This document shows, in pieces, positions 23,101 to 38,500 of a stretch of 64,000 bases of DNA. A program made the position numbers and the translations under genes. This stretch comes from Auanema rhodensis (taxonomy: Eukaryota > Animalia > Nematoda). The notes beneath the pieces are model-generated. The model worked only from the letters and a program-made list of their open reading frames with translations. It did no database searches and was not told where the DNA came from. The stretch's first letter is position 1; each line of letters opens with the position of its first letter. Location: positions 25,296,001 through 25,360,000 of the forward strand of contig OZ059900.1 in NCBI GenBank assembly GCA_964057225.1. Direction: 5' to 3'.

Positions 23101-26100
23101 CGTAAGTCAAAACCTTGTTTACAGCGAAATTTCCAAAAACTGGTTTTCCAGCATAATAAAATATTTCTCATGGGAAAAACTGTGTTTTTGTATTTTTCTA
23201 GTGTTCAGCATGTAAAATGCTTTATTTTAATATGTAACACGCTGAAATTCGTTGCATTTGACGACTCATATGAACAAAAATCGATTTAATCAATATTAGC
23301 CATAAGGGGCGTGCCCTCAGAATATGCTAATTTCCTTAATTTTCTAACCCCTGTTTTTTTGTCGTGAAAGTGGAACTAGACGTTGTACGAACAATTTTGA
23401 GCTAAGTTTCATTGACATTGCATGAGTTTGAACACATGAAATCGTAAGTCAAAACCTTGTTTACAGCGAAATTTCCAAAAACTGGTTTTCCAGCATAATA
23501 AAATATTTCTCATGAGAAATACTGTGTTTTTGTATTTTTTTAATGTTCAGCATGTAAAACGCTTCATTTTGATATGTAAAACGCTGAAATTCGTTGCATT
23601 TGACGACTCATATGAACAAAAATCGATTTTATCAATATTAGCCATAAGGGGCGTGCCCTCAGAATATGCTAATTTCCTTAATTTTCTAACCCCTGTTTTT
23701 TTGTCGTGAAAGTGGAACTAGACGTTGTACGAACAATTTTGAGCTAGGTTTCATTGACATTGCATGAGTTTGAACACATGAAATCGTAAGTCAAAACCTT
23801 GTTTACAGCGAAATTTCCAAAAACTGGTTTTCCAGCATAATAAAATATTTCTCATGGGAAATACTGTGTTTTTGTATTTTTCTAGTGTTCAGCATGTAAA
23901 ATGCTTCATTTTAGTATGTAACACGCTGAAATTCGTTGCATTTGACGACTCATATGAACAAAAATTGATTTAATCAATATTAGCCATAAGGGGCGTGCCC
24001 TCAGAATATGCTAATTTCCTTAATTTTCTAACCCCTTTTTTTCTGTCGTGAAAGTGGAACTAGACGATGTACGAACAATTTTGAGCTAGGTTTCATTGAC
24101 ATTGCATGAGTTTGAACACATGAAATCGTAAGTCAAAACCTTGTTTACAGCGAAATTTCCAAAAACTGGTTTTCCAGCATAATAAAATATTTCTCATGGG
24201 AAATACTGTGTTTTTGTATTTTTCTAGTGTTCAGCATGTAAAATGCTTCATTTTAGTATGTAACACGCTGAAATTCGTTGCATTTGACGACTCATATGAA
24301 CAAAAATCGATTTAATCAATATTAGCCATAAGGGGCGTGCCCTCAGAATATGCTAATTTCCTTAATTTTCTAACCCCTGTTTTTTTGTCGTGAAAGTGGA
24401 ACTAGACGTTGTACGAACAATTTTGAGCTAGGTTTCATTGACATTGCATGAGTTTGAACACATGAAATCGTAAGTCAAAACCTTGTTTACAGCGAAATTT
24501 CCAAAAACTGGTTTTCCAGCATAATAAAATATTTCTCATGGGAAATACTGTGTTTTTGTATTTTTCTAGTGTTCAGCATGTAAAATGCTTCATTTTAGTA
24601 TGTAACACGCTGAAATTCGTTGCATTTGACGACTCATATGAACAAAAATCGATTTAATCAATATTAGCCATAAGGGGCGTGCCCTCAGAATATGCTAATT
24701 TCCTAAATTTTCTAACCCCTGTTTTTTTGTCGTGAAAGTGGAACTAGACGTTGTACGAACAATTTTGAGCTAGGTTTCATTGACATTGCATGATTTGAAC
24801 ACATGAAATCGTAAGTCAAAACCTTGTTTACAGCGAAATTTCCAAAAACTGGTTTTCCAGCATAATAAAATATTTCTCATGGGAAATACTGTGTTTTTGT
24901 ATTTTTCTAGTGTTCAGAATGTAGAATGCTTCATTTTAGTATGTAACACGCTGAAATTCGTTGCATTTGACGACTCATATGAACAAAAATCGATTTAATC
25001 AATATTAGCCGTAAGGGGCGTGCCCTCAGAATATGCTAATTTCCTTAATTTTCTAACCCCTGTTTTTTTGTCGTGAAAGTGGAACTAGACGTTGTACGAA
25101 CAATTTTGAGCTAGGTTTCATTGACATTGCATGAGTTTGAACACATGAAATCGTAAGTCAAAACCTTGTTTACAGCGAAATTTCCAAAAACTGGTTTTCC
25201 AGCATAATAAAATATTTCTCATGGGAAATACTGTGTTTTTGTATTTTTCTAGTGTTCAGCATGTAAAATGCTTCATTTTAGTATGTAACACGCTGAAATT
25301 CGTTGCATTTGACGACTCATATGAACAAAAATCAATTTAATCAATATTAGCCATAAGGGGCGTGCCCTCAGAATATGCTAATTTCCTTAATTTTCTAACC
25401 CCTGTTTTTTTGTCGTGAAAGTGGAACTAGACGTTCTACGAACAATTTTGAGCTAGGTTTCATTGACATTGCATGAGTTTGAACACATGAAATCGTAAGT
25501 CAAAACCTTGTTTACAGCGAAATTTCCAAAAACTGGTTTTCCAGCATAATAAAATATTTCTCATGGGAAAAACTGTGTTTTTGTATTCTTCTAGTGTTCA
25601 GCATGTAAAATGCTTCATTTTAGTATGTAACACACTGAAATTTGTTGCATTTGACGACTCATATGAACAAAAATTGATTTAATCAATATTAGTCATAAGG
25701 GGCGTGCCCTCAGAATATGCTAATTTCCTTAATTTTCTAACCCCTGTTTTTTTGTCGTGAAAGTGGAACTAGACGATGTACGAACAATTTTGAGCTAGGT
25801 TTCATTGACATTGCATGAGTTTGAACACATGAAATCGTAAGTCAAAACCTTGTTTACAGCGAAATTTCCAAAAACTGGTTTTCCAGCATAATAAAATATT
25901 TCTCATGGGAAAAACTGTGTTTTTGTATTTTTTTAGTGTTCAGCATGTAAAATGCTTTATTTTAGTATGTAACACGCTGAAATTCGTTGCAGTTGACGAC
26001 TCATATGAACAAAAATTGATTTAATCAATATTAGCCATAAGGGGCGTGCCCTCAGAATATGCTAATTTCCTTAATCTTCTAACCCCTGTTTTTTTGTCGT

Positions 26101-26802
26101 GAAAGTGGAACTAGACGTTGTACGAACAAATTTGAGCTAGGTTTCATTGACATTGCATGAGTTTGAACACAAGAAATCGTAAGTCAAAACCTTGTTTACA
26201 GCGAAATTTCCAAAAACTGGTTTTCCAGCATAATAAAATATTTCTCATGGGAAATACTGTGTTTTTGTATTTTTCTAGTGTTCAGCATGTAAAATGCTTC
26301 ATTTTAGTATGTAACACGCTGAAATTCGTTGCATTTGACGACTCATGTGAACAAAAATCGATTTAATCAATATTAGCCATAAGGGGCGTGCCCTCAGAAT
26401 ATGCTAATTTCCTTAATTTTCTAACCCCTGTTTTTTTGTCGTGAAAGTGGAACTAGACGTTGTACGAACAATTTTGAGCTAGGTTTCATTGACATTGCAT
26501 GAGTTTGAACACATGAAATCGTAAGTCAAAACCTTGTTTACAGCGAAATTTCCAAAAACTGGTTTTCCAGCATAATAAAATATTTCTCATGGGAAATACT
26601 GTGTTTTTGTATTTTTCTAGTGTTCAGCATGTAAAATGCTTCATTTTAGTATGTAACACGCTGAAATTCGTTGCATTTGACGACTCATATGAACAAAAAT
26701 TGATTTAATCAATATTAGCCATAAGGGGCGTGCCCTCAGAATATGCTAATTTCCTTAATTTTCTAACCCCTTTTTTTCTGTCGTGAAAGTGGAACTAGAC
26801 GA

Positions 26803-29800
26803 TGTACGAACAATTTTGAGCTAGGTTTCATTGACATTGCATGAGTTTGAACACATGAAATCGTAAGTCAAAACCTTGTTTACAGCGAAATTTCCAAAAA
26901 CTGGTTTTCCAGCATAATAAAATATTTCTCATGGGAAATACTGTGTTTTTGTATTTTTCTAGTGTTCAGCATGTAAAATGCTTCATTTTAGTATGTAACA
27001 CGCTGAAATTCGTTGCATTTGACGACTCATATGAACAAAAATCGATTTAATCAATATTAGCCATAAGGGGCGTGCCCTCAGAATATGCTAATTTCCTTAA
27101 TTTTCTAACCCCTGTTTTTTTGTCGTGAAAGTGGAACTAGACGTTGTACGAACAATTTTGAGCTAGGTTTCATTGACATTGCATGAGTTTGAACACATGA
27201 AATCGTAAGTCAAAACCTTGTTTACAGCGAAATTTCCAAAAACTGGTTTTCCAGCATAATAAAATATTTCTCATGGGAAATACTGTGTTTTTGTATTTTT
27301 CTAGTGTTCAGCATGTAAAATGCTTCATTTTAGTATGTAACACGCTGAAATTCGTTGCATTTGACGACTCATATGAACAAAAATCGATTTAATCAATATT
27401 AGCCATAAGGGGCGTGCCCTCAGAATATGCTAATTTCCTAAATTTTCTAACCCCTGTTTTTTTGTCGTGAAAGTGGAACTAGACGTTGTACGAACAATTT
27501 TGAGCTAGGTTTCATTGACATTGCATGATTTGAACACATGAAATCGTAAGTCAAAACCTTGTTTACAGCGAAATTTCCAAAAACTGGTTTTCCAGCATAA
27601 TAAAATATTTCTCATGGGAAATACTGTGTTTTTGTATTTTTCTAGTGTTCAGAATGTAGAATGCTTCATTTTAGTATGTAACACGCTGAAATTCGTTGCA
27701 TTTGACGACTCATATGAACAAAAATCGATTTAATCAATATTAGCCATAAGGGGCGTGCCCTCAGAATATGCTAATTTCCTTAATTTTCTAACCCCTGTTT
27801 TTTTGTCGTGAAAGTGGAACTAGACGTTGTACGAACAATTTTGAGCTAGGTTTCATTGACATTGCATGAGTTTGAACACATGAAATCGTAAGTCAAAACC
27901 TTGTTTACAGCGAAATTTCCAAAAACTGGTTTTCCAGCATAATAAAATATTTCTCATGGGAAATACTGTGTTTTTGTATTTTTCTAGTGTTCAGCATGTA
28001 AAATGCTTTATTTTAGTATGTAACACGCTGAAATTCGTTGCATTTGACGACTCATATGAACAAAAATCAATTTAATCAATATTAGCCATAAGGGGCGTGC
28101 CCTCAGAATATGCTAATTTCCTTAATTTTCTAACCCCTGTTTTTTTGTCGTGAAAGTGGAACTAGACGTTCTACGAACAATTTTGAGCTAGGTTTCATTG
28201 ACATTGCATGAGTTTGAACACATGAAATCGTAAGTCAAAACCTTGTTTACAGCGAAATTTCCAAAAACTGGTTTTCCAGCATAATAAAATATTTCTCATG
28301 GGAAAAACTGTGTTTTTGTATTCTTCTAGTGTTCAGCATGTAAAATGCTTCATTTTAGTATGTAACACACTGAAATTTGTTGCATTTGACGACTCGTATG
28401 AACAAAAATTGATTTAATCAATATTAGTCATAAGGGGCGTGCCCTCAGAATATGCTAATTTCCTTAATTTTCTAACCCCTGTTTTTTTGTCGTGAAAGTG
28501 GAACTAGACGATGTACGAACAATTTTGAGCTAGGTTTCATTGACATTGCATGAGTTTGAACACATGAAATCGTAAGTCAAAACCTTGTTTACAGCGAAAT
28601 TTCCAAAAACTGGTTTTCCAGCATAATAAAATATTTCTCATGGGAAATACTGTGTTTTTGTATTTTTCTAGTGTTCAGCATGTAAAATGCTTCATTTTAG
28701 TATGTAACACGCTGAAATTCGTTGCAGTTGACGACTCATATGAACAAAAATCGATTTAATCAATATTAGCCATAAGGGGCGTGCCCTCAGAATATGCTAA
28801 TTTCCTTAATTTTCTAACCCCTGTTTTTTTGTCGTGAAAGTGGAACTAGACGATGTACGAACAATTTTGAGCTAGGTTTCATTGACATTGCATGAGTTTG
28901 AACACATGAAATCGTAAGTCAAAACCTTGTTTACAGCGAAATTTCCAAAAACTGGTTTTCCAGCATAATAAAATATTTCTCATGGGAAATACTGTGTTTT
29001 TGTATTTTTCTAGTGTTCAGCATGTAAAATGCTTCATTTTAGTATGTAACACGCTGAAATTCGTTGCATTTGACGACTCATGTGAACAAAAATCGATTTA
29101 ATCAATATTAGCCATAAGGGGCGTGCCCTCAGAATATGCTAATTTCCTTAATTTTCTAACCCCTGTTTTTTTGTCGTGAAAGTGGAACTAGACGTTCTAC
29201 GAACAATTTTGAGCTAGGTTTCATTGACATTGCATGAGTTTGAACACATGAAATCGTAAGTCAAAACCTTGTTTACAGCGAAATTTCCAAAAACTGGTTT
29301 TCCAGCATAATAAAATATTTCTTATGGGAAAAACTGTGTTTTTGTATTTTTCTAGTGTTCAGCATGTAAAATGCTTCATTTTAGTATGTAACACACTGAA
29401 ATTTGTTGCATTTGACGACTCATATGAACAAAAATCGATTTAATCAATATTAGCCATAAGGGGCGTGCCCTCAGAATATGCTAATTTCCTTAATTTTCTA
29501 ACCCCTGTTTTTTTGTCGTGAAAGTGGAACTAGACGTTGTACGAACAATTTTGAGCTAGGTTTCATTGACATTGCATGAGTTTGAACACATGAAATCGTA
29601 AGTCAAAACCTTGTTTACAGCGAAATTTCCAAAAACTGGTTTTCCAGCATAATAAAATATTTCTCATGGGAAATACTGTGTTTTTGTATTTTTCTAGTGT
29701 TCAGCATGTAAAATGCTTCATTTTAGTATGTAACACGCTGAAATTCGTTGCATTTGACGACTCATATGAACAAAAATCGATTTAATCAATATTAGCCATA

Positions 29801-32512
29801 AGGGGCGTGCCCTCAGAATATGCTAATTTCCTTAATTTTCTAACCCCTGTTTTTTTGTCGTGAAAGTGGAACTAGACGTTGTACGAACAATTTTGAGCTA
29901 GGTTTCATTGACATTGCATGAGTTTGAACACATGAAATCGTAAGTCAAAACCTTGTTTACAGCGAAATTTCCAAAAACTGGTTTTCCAGCATAATAAAAT
30001 ATTTCTCATGGGAAATACTGTGTTTTTGTATTTTTCTAGTGTTCAGCATGTAAAATGCTTCATTTTAGTATGTAACACGCTGAAATTCGTTGCATTTGAC
30101 GACTCATATGAACAAAAATCGATTTAATCAATATTAGCCATAAGGGGCGTGCCCTCAGAATATGCTAATTTCCTAAATTTTCTAACCCCTGTTTTTTTGT
30201 CGTGAAAGTGGAACTAGACGTTGTACGAACAATTTTGAGCTAGGTTTCATTGACATTGCATGATTTGAACACATGAAATCGTAAGTCAAAACCTTGTTTA
30301 CAGCGAAATTTCCAAAAACTGGTTTTCCAGCATAATAAAATATTTCTCATGGGAAATACTGTGTTTTTGTATTTTTCTAGTGTTCAGAATGTAGAATGCT
30401 TCATTTTAGTATGTAACACGCTGAAATTCGTTGCATTTGACGACTCATATGAACAAAAATCGATTTAATCAATATTAGCCATAAGGGGCGTGCCCTCAGA
30501 ATATGCTAATTTCCTTAATTTTCTAACCCCTGTTTTTTTGTCGTGAAAGTGGAACTAGACGTTGTACGAACAATTTTGAGCTAGGTTTCATTGACATTGC
30601 ATGAGTTTGAACACATGAAATCGTAAGTCAAAACCTTGTTTACAGCGAAATTTCCAAAAACTGGTTTTCCAGCATAATAAAATATTTCTCATGGGAAATA
30701 CTGTGTTTTTGTATTTTTCTAGTGTTCAGCATGTAAAATGCTTCATTTTAGTATGTAACACGCTGAAATTCGTTGCATTTGACGACTCATATGAACAAAA
30801 ATCAATTTAATCAATATTAGCCATAAGGGGCGTGCCCTCAGAATATGCTAATTTCCTTAATTTTCTAACCCCTGTTTTTTTGTCGTGAAAGTGGAACTAG
30901 ACGTTCTACGAACAATTTTGAGCTAGGTTTCATTGACATTGCATGAGTTTGAACACATGAAATCGTAAGTCAAAACCTTGTTTACAGCGAAATTTCCAAA
31001 AACTGGTTTTCCAGCATAATAAAATATTTCTCATGGGAAAAACTGTGTTTTTGTATTCTTCTAGTGTTCAGCATGTAAAATGCTTCATTTTAGTATGTAA
31101 CACACTGAAATTTGTTGCATTTGACGACTCATATGAACAAAAATTGATTTAATCAATATTAGTCATAAGGGGCGTGCCCTCAGAATATGCTAATTTCCTT
31201 AATTTTCTAACCCCTGTTTTTTTGTCGTGAAAGTGGAACTAGACGATGTACGAACAATTTTGAGCTAGGTTTCATTGACATTGCATGAGTTTGAACACAT
31301 GAAATCGTAAGTCAAAACCTTGTTTACAGCGAAATTTCCAAAAACTGGTTTTCCAGCATAATAAAATATTTCTCATGGGAAATACTGTGTTTTTGTATTT
31401 TTCTAGTGTTCAGCATGTAAAATGCTTCATTTTAGTATGTAACACGCTGAAATTCGTTGCAGTTGACGACTCATATGAACAAAAATCGATTTAATCAATA
31501 TTAGCCATAAGGGGCGTGCCCTCAGAATATGCTAATTTCCTTAATTTTCTAACCCCTGTTTTTTTGTCGTGAAAGTGGAACTAGACGATGTACGAACAAT
31601 TTTGAGCTAGGTTTCATTGACATTGCATGAGTTTGAACACATGAAATCGTAAGTCAAAACCTTGTTTACAGCGAAATTTCCAAAAACTGGTTTTCCAGCA
31701 TAATAAAATATTTCTCATGGGAAATACTGTGTTTTTGTATTTTTCTAGTGTTCAGCATGTAAAATGCTTCATTTTAGTATGTAACACGCTGAAATTCGTT
31801 GCATTTGACGACTCATGTGAACAAAAATCGATTTAATCAATATTAGCCATAAGGGGCGTGCCCTCAGAATATGCTAATTTCCTTAATTTTCTAACCCCTG
31901 TTTTTTTGTCGTGAAAGTGGAACTAGACGTTCTACGAACAATTTTGAGCTAGGTTTCATTGACATTGCATGAGTTTGAACACATGAAATCGTAAGTCAAA
32001 ACCTTGTTTACAGCGAAATTTCCAAAAACTGGTTTTCCAGCATAATAAAATATTTCTTATGGGAAAAACTGTGTTTTTGTATTTTTCTAGTGTTCAGCAT
32101 GTAAAATGCTTCATTTTAGTATGTAACACACTGAAATTTGTTGCATTTGACGACTCATATGAACAAAAATCGATTTAATCAATATTAGCCATAAGGGGCG
32201 TGCCCTCAGAATATGCTAATTTCCTTAATTTTCTAACCCCTGTTTTTTTGTCGTGAAAGTGGAACTAGACGTTGTACGAACAATTTTGAGCTAGGTTTCA
32301 TTGACATTGCATGAGTTTGAACACATGAAATCGTAAGTCAAAACCTTGTTTACAGCGAAATTTCCAAAAACTGGTTTTCCAGCATAATAAAATATTTCTC
32401 ATGGGAAATACTGTGTTTTTGTATTTTTCTAGTGTTCAGCATGTAAAATGCTTCATTTTAGTATGTAACACGCTGAAATTCGTTGCATTTGACGACTCAT
32501 ATGAACAAAAAT
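26803..32512. repeat. 8-monomer (2735-bp) higher-order tandem duplication
   Basis: Markers pair at +2735: deletion 27528/30263, GCAGTTG 28727/31462, CATGTG 29082/31817 and CTTATGGG 29323/32058. Confidence 0.82.
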
Positions 32513-35500
32513 TGATTTAATCAATATTAGCCATAAGGGGCGTGCCCTCAGAATATGCTAATTTCCTTAATTTTCTAACCCCTTTTTTTCTGTCGTGAAA
32601 GTGGAACTAGACGATGTACGAACAATTTTGAGCTAGGTTTCATTGACATTGCATGAGTTTGAACACATGAAATCGTAAGTCAAAACCTTGTTTACAGCGA
32701 AATTTCCAAAAACTGGTTTTCCAGCATAATAAAATATTTCTCATGGGAAATACTGTGTTTTTGTATTTTTCTAGTGTTCAGCATGTAAAATGCTTCATTT
32801 TAGTATGTAACACGCTGAAATTCGTTGCATTTGACGACTCATATGAACAAAAATCGATTTAATCAATATTAGCCATAAGGGGCGTGCCCTCAGAATATGC
32901 TAATTTCCTTAATTTTCTAACCCCTGTTTTTTTGTCGTGAAAGTGGAACTAGACGTTGTACGAACAATTTTGAGCTAGGTTTCATTGACATTGCATGAGT
33001 TTGAACACATGAAATCGTAAGTCAAAACCTTGTTTACAGCGAAATTTCCAAAAACTGGTTTTCCAGCATAATAAAATATTTCTCATGGGAAATACTGTGT
33101 TTTTGTATTTTTCTAGTGTTCAGCATGTAAAATGCTTCATTTTAGTATGTAACACGCTGAAATTCGTTGCATTTGACGACTCATATGAACAAAAATCGAT
33201 TTAATCAATATTAGCCATAAGGGGCGTGCCCTCAGAATATGCTAATTTCCTAAATTTTCTAACCCCTGTTTTTTTGTCGTGAAAGTGGAACTAGACGTTG
33301 TACGAACAATTTTGAGCTAGGTTTCATTGACATTGCATGATTTGAACACATGAAATCGTAAGTCAAAACCTTGTTTACAGCGAAATTTCCAAAAACTGGT
33401 TTTCCAGCATAATAAAATATTTCTCATGGGAAATACTGTGTTTTTGTATTTTTCTAGTGTTCAGAATGTAGAATGCTTCATTTTAGTATGTAACACGCTG
33501 AAATTCGTTGCATTTGACGACTCATATGAACAAAAATCGATTTAATCAATATTAGCCATAAGGGGCGTGCCCTCAGAATATGCTAATTTCCTTAATTTTC
33601 TAACCCCTGTTTTTTTGTCGTGAAAGTGGAACTAGACGTTGTACGAACAATTTTGAGCTAGGTTTCATTGACATTGCATGAGTTTGAACACATGAAATCG
33701 TAAGTCAAAACCTTGTTTACAGCGAAATTTCCAAAAACTGGTTTTCCAGCATAATAAAATATTTCTCATGGGAAATACTGTGTTTTTGTATTTTTCTAGT
33801 GTTCAGCATGTAAAATGCTTCATTTTAGTATGTAACACGCTGAAATTCGTTGCATTTGACGACTCATATGAACAAAAATCAATTTAATCAATATTAGCCA
33901 TAAGGGGCGTGCCCTCAGAATATGCTAATTTCCTTAATTTTCTAACCCCTGTTTTTTTGTCGTGAAAGTGGAACTAGACGTTCTACGAACAATTTTGAGC
34001 TAGGTTTCATTGACATTGCATGAGTTTGAACACATGAAATCGTAAGTCAAAACCTTGTTTACAGCGAAATTTCCAAAAACTGGTTTTCCAGCATAATAAA
34101 ATATTTCTCATGGGAAAAACTGTGTTTTTGTATTCTTCTAGTGTTCAGCATGTAAAATGCTTCATTTTAGTATGTAACACACTGAAATTTGTTGCATTTG
34201 ACGACTCATATGAACAAAAATTGATTTAATCAATATTAGTCATAAGGGGCGTGCCCTCAGAATATGCTAATTTCCTTAATTTTCTAACCCCTGTTTTTTT
34301 GTCGTGAAAGTGGAACTAGACGATGTACGAACAATTTTGAGCTAGGTTTCATTGACATTGCATGAGTTTGAACACATGAAATCGTAAGTCAAAACCTTGT
34401 TTACAGCGAAATTTCCAAAAACTGGTTTTCCAGCATAATAAAATATTTCTCATGGGAAATACTGTGTTTTTGTATTTTTCTAGTGTTCAGCATGTAAAAT
34501 GCTTCATTTTAGTATGTAACACGCTGAAATTCGTTGCATTTGACGACTCATATGAACAAAAATCGATTTAATCAATATTAGCCATAAGGGGCGTGCCCTC
34601 AGAATATGCTAATTTCCTTAATTTTCTAACCCCTGTTTTTTTGTCGTGAAAGTGGAACTAGACGATGTACGAACAATTTTGAGCTAGGTTTCATTGACAT
34701 TGCATGAGTTTGAACACATGAAATCGTAAGTCAAAACCTTGTTTACAGCGAAATTTCCAAAAACTGGTTTTCCAGCATAATAAAATATTTCTCATGGGAA
34801 ATACTGTGTTTTTGTATTTTTCTAGTGTTCAGCATGTAAAATGCTTCATTTTAGTATGTAACACGCTGAAATTCGTTGCATTTGACGACTCATATGAACA
34901 AAAATCGATTTAATCAATATTAGCCATAAGGGGCGTGCCCTCAGAATATGCTAATTTCCTTAATTTTCTAACCCCTGTTTTTTTGTCGTGAAAGTGGAAC
35001 TAGACGATGTACGAACAATTTTGAGCTAGGTTTCATTGACATTGCATGAGTTTGAACACATGAAATCGTAAGTCAAAACCTTGTTTACAGCGAAATTTCC
35101 AAAAACTGGTTTTCCAGCATAATAAAATATTTCTCATGGGAAATACTGTGTTTTTATATTTTTCTAGTGTTCAGCATGTAAAATGCTTCATTTTAGTATG
35201 TAACACGCTGAAATTCGTTGCATTTAACGACTCATATGAACAAAAATCGATTTAATCAATATTAGCCATAAGGGGCGTGCCCTCAGAATATGCTAATTTC
35301 CTTAATTTTCTAACCCCTGTTTTTTTGTCGTGAAAGTGGAACTAGACGATGTACGAACAATTTTGAGCTAGGTTTCATTGACATTGCATGAGTTTGAACA
35401 CATGAAATCGTAAGTCAAAACCTTGTTTACAGCGAAATTTCCAAAAACTGGTTTTCCAGCATAATAAAATATTTCTCATGGGAAATACTGTGTTTTTATA

Positions 35501-38500
35501 TTTTTCTAGTGTTCAGCATGTGAAATGCTTAATTTTAGTATGTAACACGCTGAAATTCGTTGCATTTGACGACTCATATGAACAAAAATCGATTTAATCA
35601 ATATTAGCCATAAGGGGCGTGCCCTCAGAATATGCTAATTTCCTTAATTTTCTAACCCCTGTTTTTTTGTCGTGAAAGTGGAACTAGACGTTGTACGAAC
35701 AATTTTGAGCTAGGTTTCATTGACATTGCATGAGTTTGAACACATGAAATCGTAAGTCAAAACCTTGTTGACAGCGAAATTTCCAAAAACTGGTTTTCCA
35801 GCATAATAAAATATTTCTCATGGGAAATACTGTGTTTTTGTATTTTTCTAGTGTTCAGCATGTAAAATGCTTCATTTTAGTATGTAACACGCTGAAATTC
35901 GTTGCATTTGACGACTCATATGAACAAAAATCGATTTAATCAATATTAGCCATAAGGGGCGTGCCCTCAGAATATGCTAATTTCCTTAATTTTCTAACCC
36001 CTGTTTTTTTGTCGTGAAAGTGGAACTAGATGTTCTACGAACAATTTTGAGCTAGGTTTCATTGACATTGCATGAGTTTGAACACATGAAATCGCAAGTC
36101 AAAACCTTGTTTACAGCGAAATTTCCAAAAACTGGTTTTCCAGCATAATAAAATATTTCTCATGGGAAAAACTGTGTTTTTGTATTTTTCTAGTGTTCAG
36201 CATGTAAAATGCTTCATTTTAGTATGTAACACACTGAAATTTGTTGCATTTGACGACTCATATGAACAAAAATCGATTTAATCAATATTAGCCATAAGGG
36301 GCGTGCCCTCAGAATATGCTAATTTCCTTAATTTTCTAACCCCTGTTTTTTTGTCGTGAAAGTGGAACTAGACGTTGTACGAACAATTTTGAGCTAGGTT
36401 TCATTGACATTGCATGAGTTTGAACACATGAAATCGTAAGTCAAAACCTTGTTTACAGCGAAATTTCCAAAAACTGGTTTTCCAGCATAATAAAATATTT
36501 CTCATGGGAAATACTGTGTTTTTGTATTTTTCTAGTGTTCAGCATGTAAAATGCTTCATTTTAGTATGTAACACGCTGAAATTCGTTGCATTTGACGACT
36601 CATATGAACAAAAATCGATTTAATCAATATTAGCCATAAGGGGCGTGCCCTCAGAATATGCTAATTTCCTTAATTTTCTAACCCCTGTTTTTTTGTCGTG
36701 AAAGTGGAACTAGACGATGTACGAACAATTTTGAGCTAGGTTTCATTGACATTGCATGAGTTTGAACACATGAAATCGTAAGTCAAAACCTTGTTTACAG
36801 CGAAATTTCCAAAAACTGGTTTTCCAGCATAATAAAATATTTCTCATGGGAAATACTGTGTTTTTGTATTTTTCTAGTGTTCAGCATGTAAAATGCTTCA
36901 TTTTAGTATGTAACACGCTGAAATTCGTTGCATTTGACGACTCATATGAACAAAAATCGATTTAATCAATATTAGCCATAAGGGGCGTGCCCTCAGAATA
37001 TGCTAATTTCCTTAATTTTCTAACCCCTGTTTTTTTGTCGTGAAAGTGGAACTAGACGTTCTACGAACAATTTTGAGCTAGGTTTCATTGACATTGCATG
37101 AGTTTGAACACATGAAATCGTAAGTCAAAACCTTGTTTACAGCGAAATTTCCAAAAACTGGTTTTCCAGCATAATAAAATATTTCTCATGGGAAAAACTG
37201 TGTTTTTGTATTTTTCTAGTGTTCAGCATGTAAAATGCTTCATTTTAGTATGTAACACACTGAAATTTGTTGCATTTGACGACTCATATGAACAAAAATC
37301 GATTTAATCAATATTAGCCATAAGGGGCGTGCCCTCAGAATATGCTAATTTCCTTAATTTTCTAACCCCTGTTTTTTTGTCGTGAAAGTGGAACTAGACG
37401 TTGTACGAACAATTTTGAGCTAGGTTTCATTGACATTGCATGATTTGAACACATGAAATCGTAAGTCAAAACCTTGTTTACAGCGAAATTTCCAAAAACT
37501 GGTTTTCCAGCATAATAAAATATTTCTCATGGGAAATACAGTGTTTTTGTGTTTTTGTAGTGTTCAGCATGTAAAATGCGTCATTTTAGTATGTAAAACG
37601 CTGAAATTCGTTGCATTTGACGACTCATATGAACAAAAATCGGTTTTATCAATATTAGCCATAAGGGGCGTGCCCTCAGAATATGCTAATTTCCTTAATT
37701 TTCTAACCCCTGTTTTTTTGTCGTGAAAGTGGAACTAGACGTTGTACAAACAATTTTGAGCTAGGTTTCATTGACATTGCATGAGTTTGAACACATGAAA
37801 TCGTAAGTCAAAACCTTGTTTACAGCGAAATTTCCAAAAACTGGTTTTCCAGCATAATAAAATATTTCTCATGGGAAATACTGTGTTTTTATATTTTTCT
37901 AGTGTTCAGCATGTGAAATGCTTAATTTTAGTATGTAACACGCTGAAATTCGTTGCATTTGACGGCTCATATGAACAAAAATCGATTTAATCAATATTAG
38001 CCATAAGGGGCGTGCCCTCAGAATATGCTAATTTCCTTAATTTTCTAACCCCTGTTTTTTTGTCGTGAAAGTGGAACTAGACGTTGTACGAACAATTTTG
38101 AGCTAGGTTTCATTGACATTGCATGAGTTTGAACACATTAAATCGTAAGTCAAAACCTTGTTTACAGCGAAATTTCCAAAAACTGGTTTTCCAGCATAAT
38201 AAAATATTTCTCATGGGAAAAACTGTGTTTTTGTATTTTTCTAGTGTTCAGCATGTAAAATGCTTCATTTTAGTATGTAACACACTGAAATTTGTTGCAT
38301 TTGACGACTCATATGAACAAAAATCGATTTAATCAATATTAGCCATAAGGGGCGTGCCCTCAGAATATGCTAATTTCCTTAATTTTCTAACCCCTGTTTT
38401 TTTGTCGTGAAAGTGGAACTAGACGTTGTACGAACAATTTTGAGCTAGGTTTCATTGACATTGCATGAGTTTGAACACATGAAATCGTAAGTCAAAACCT

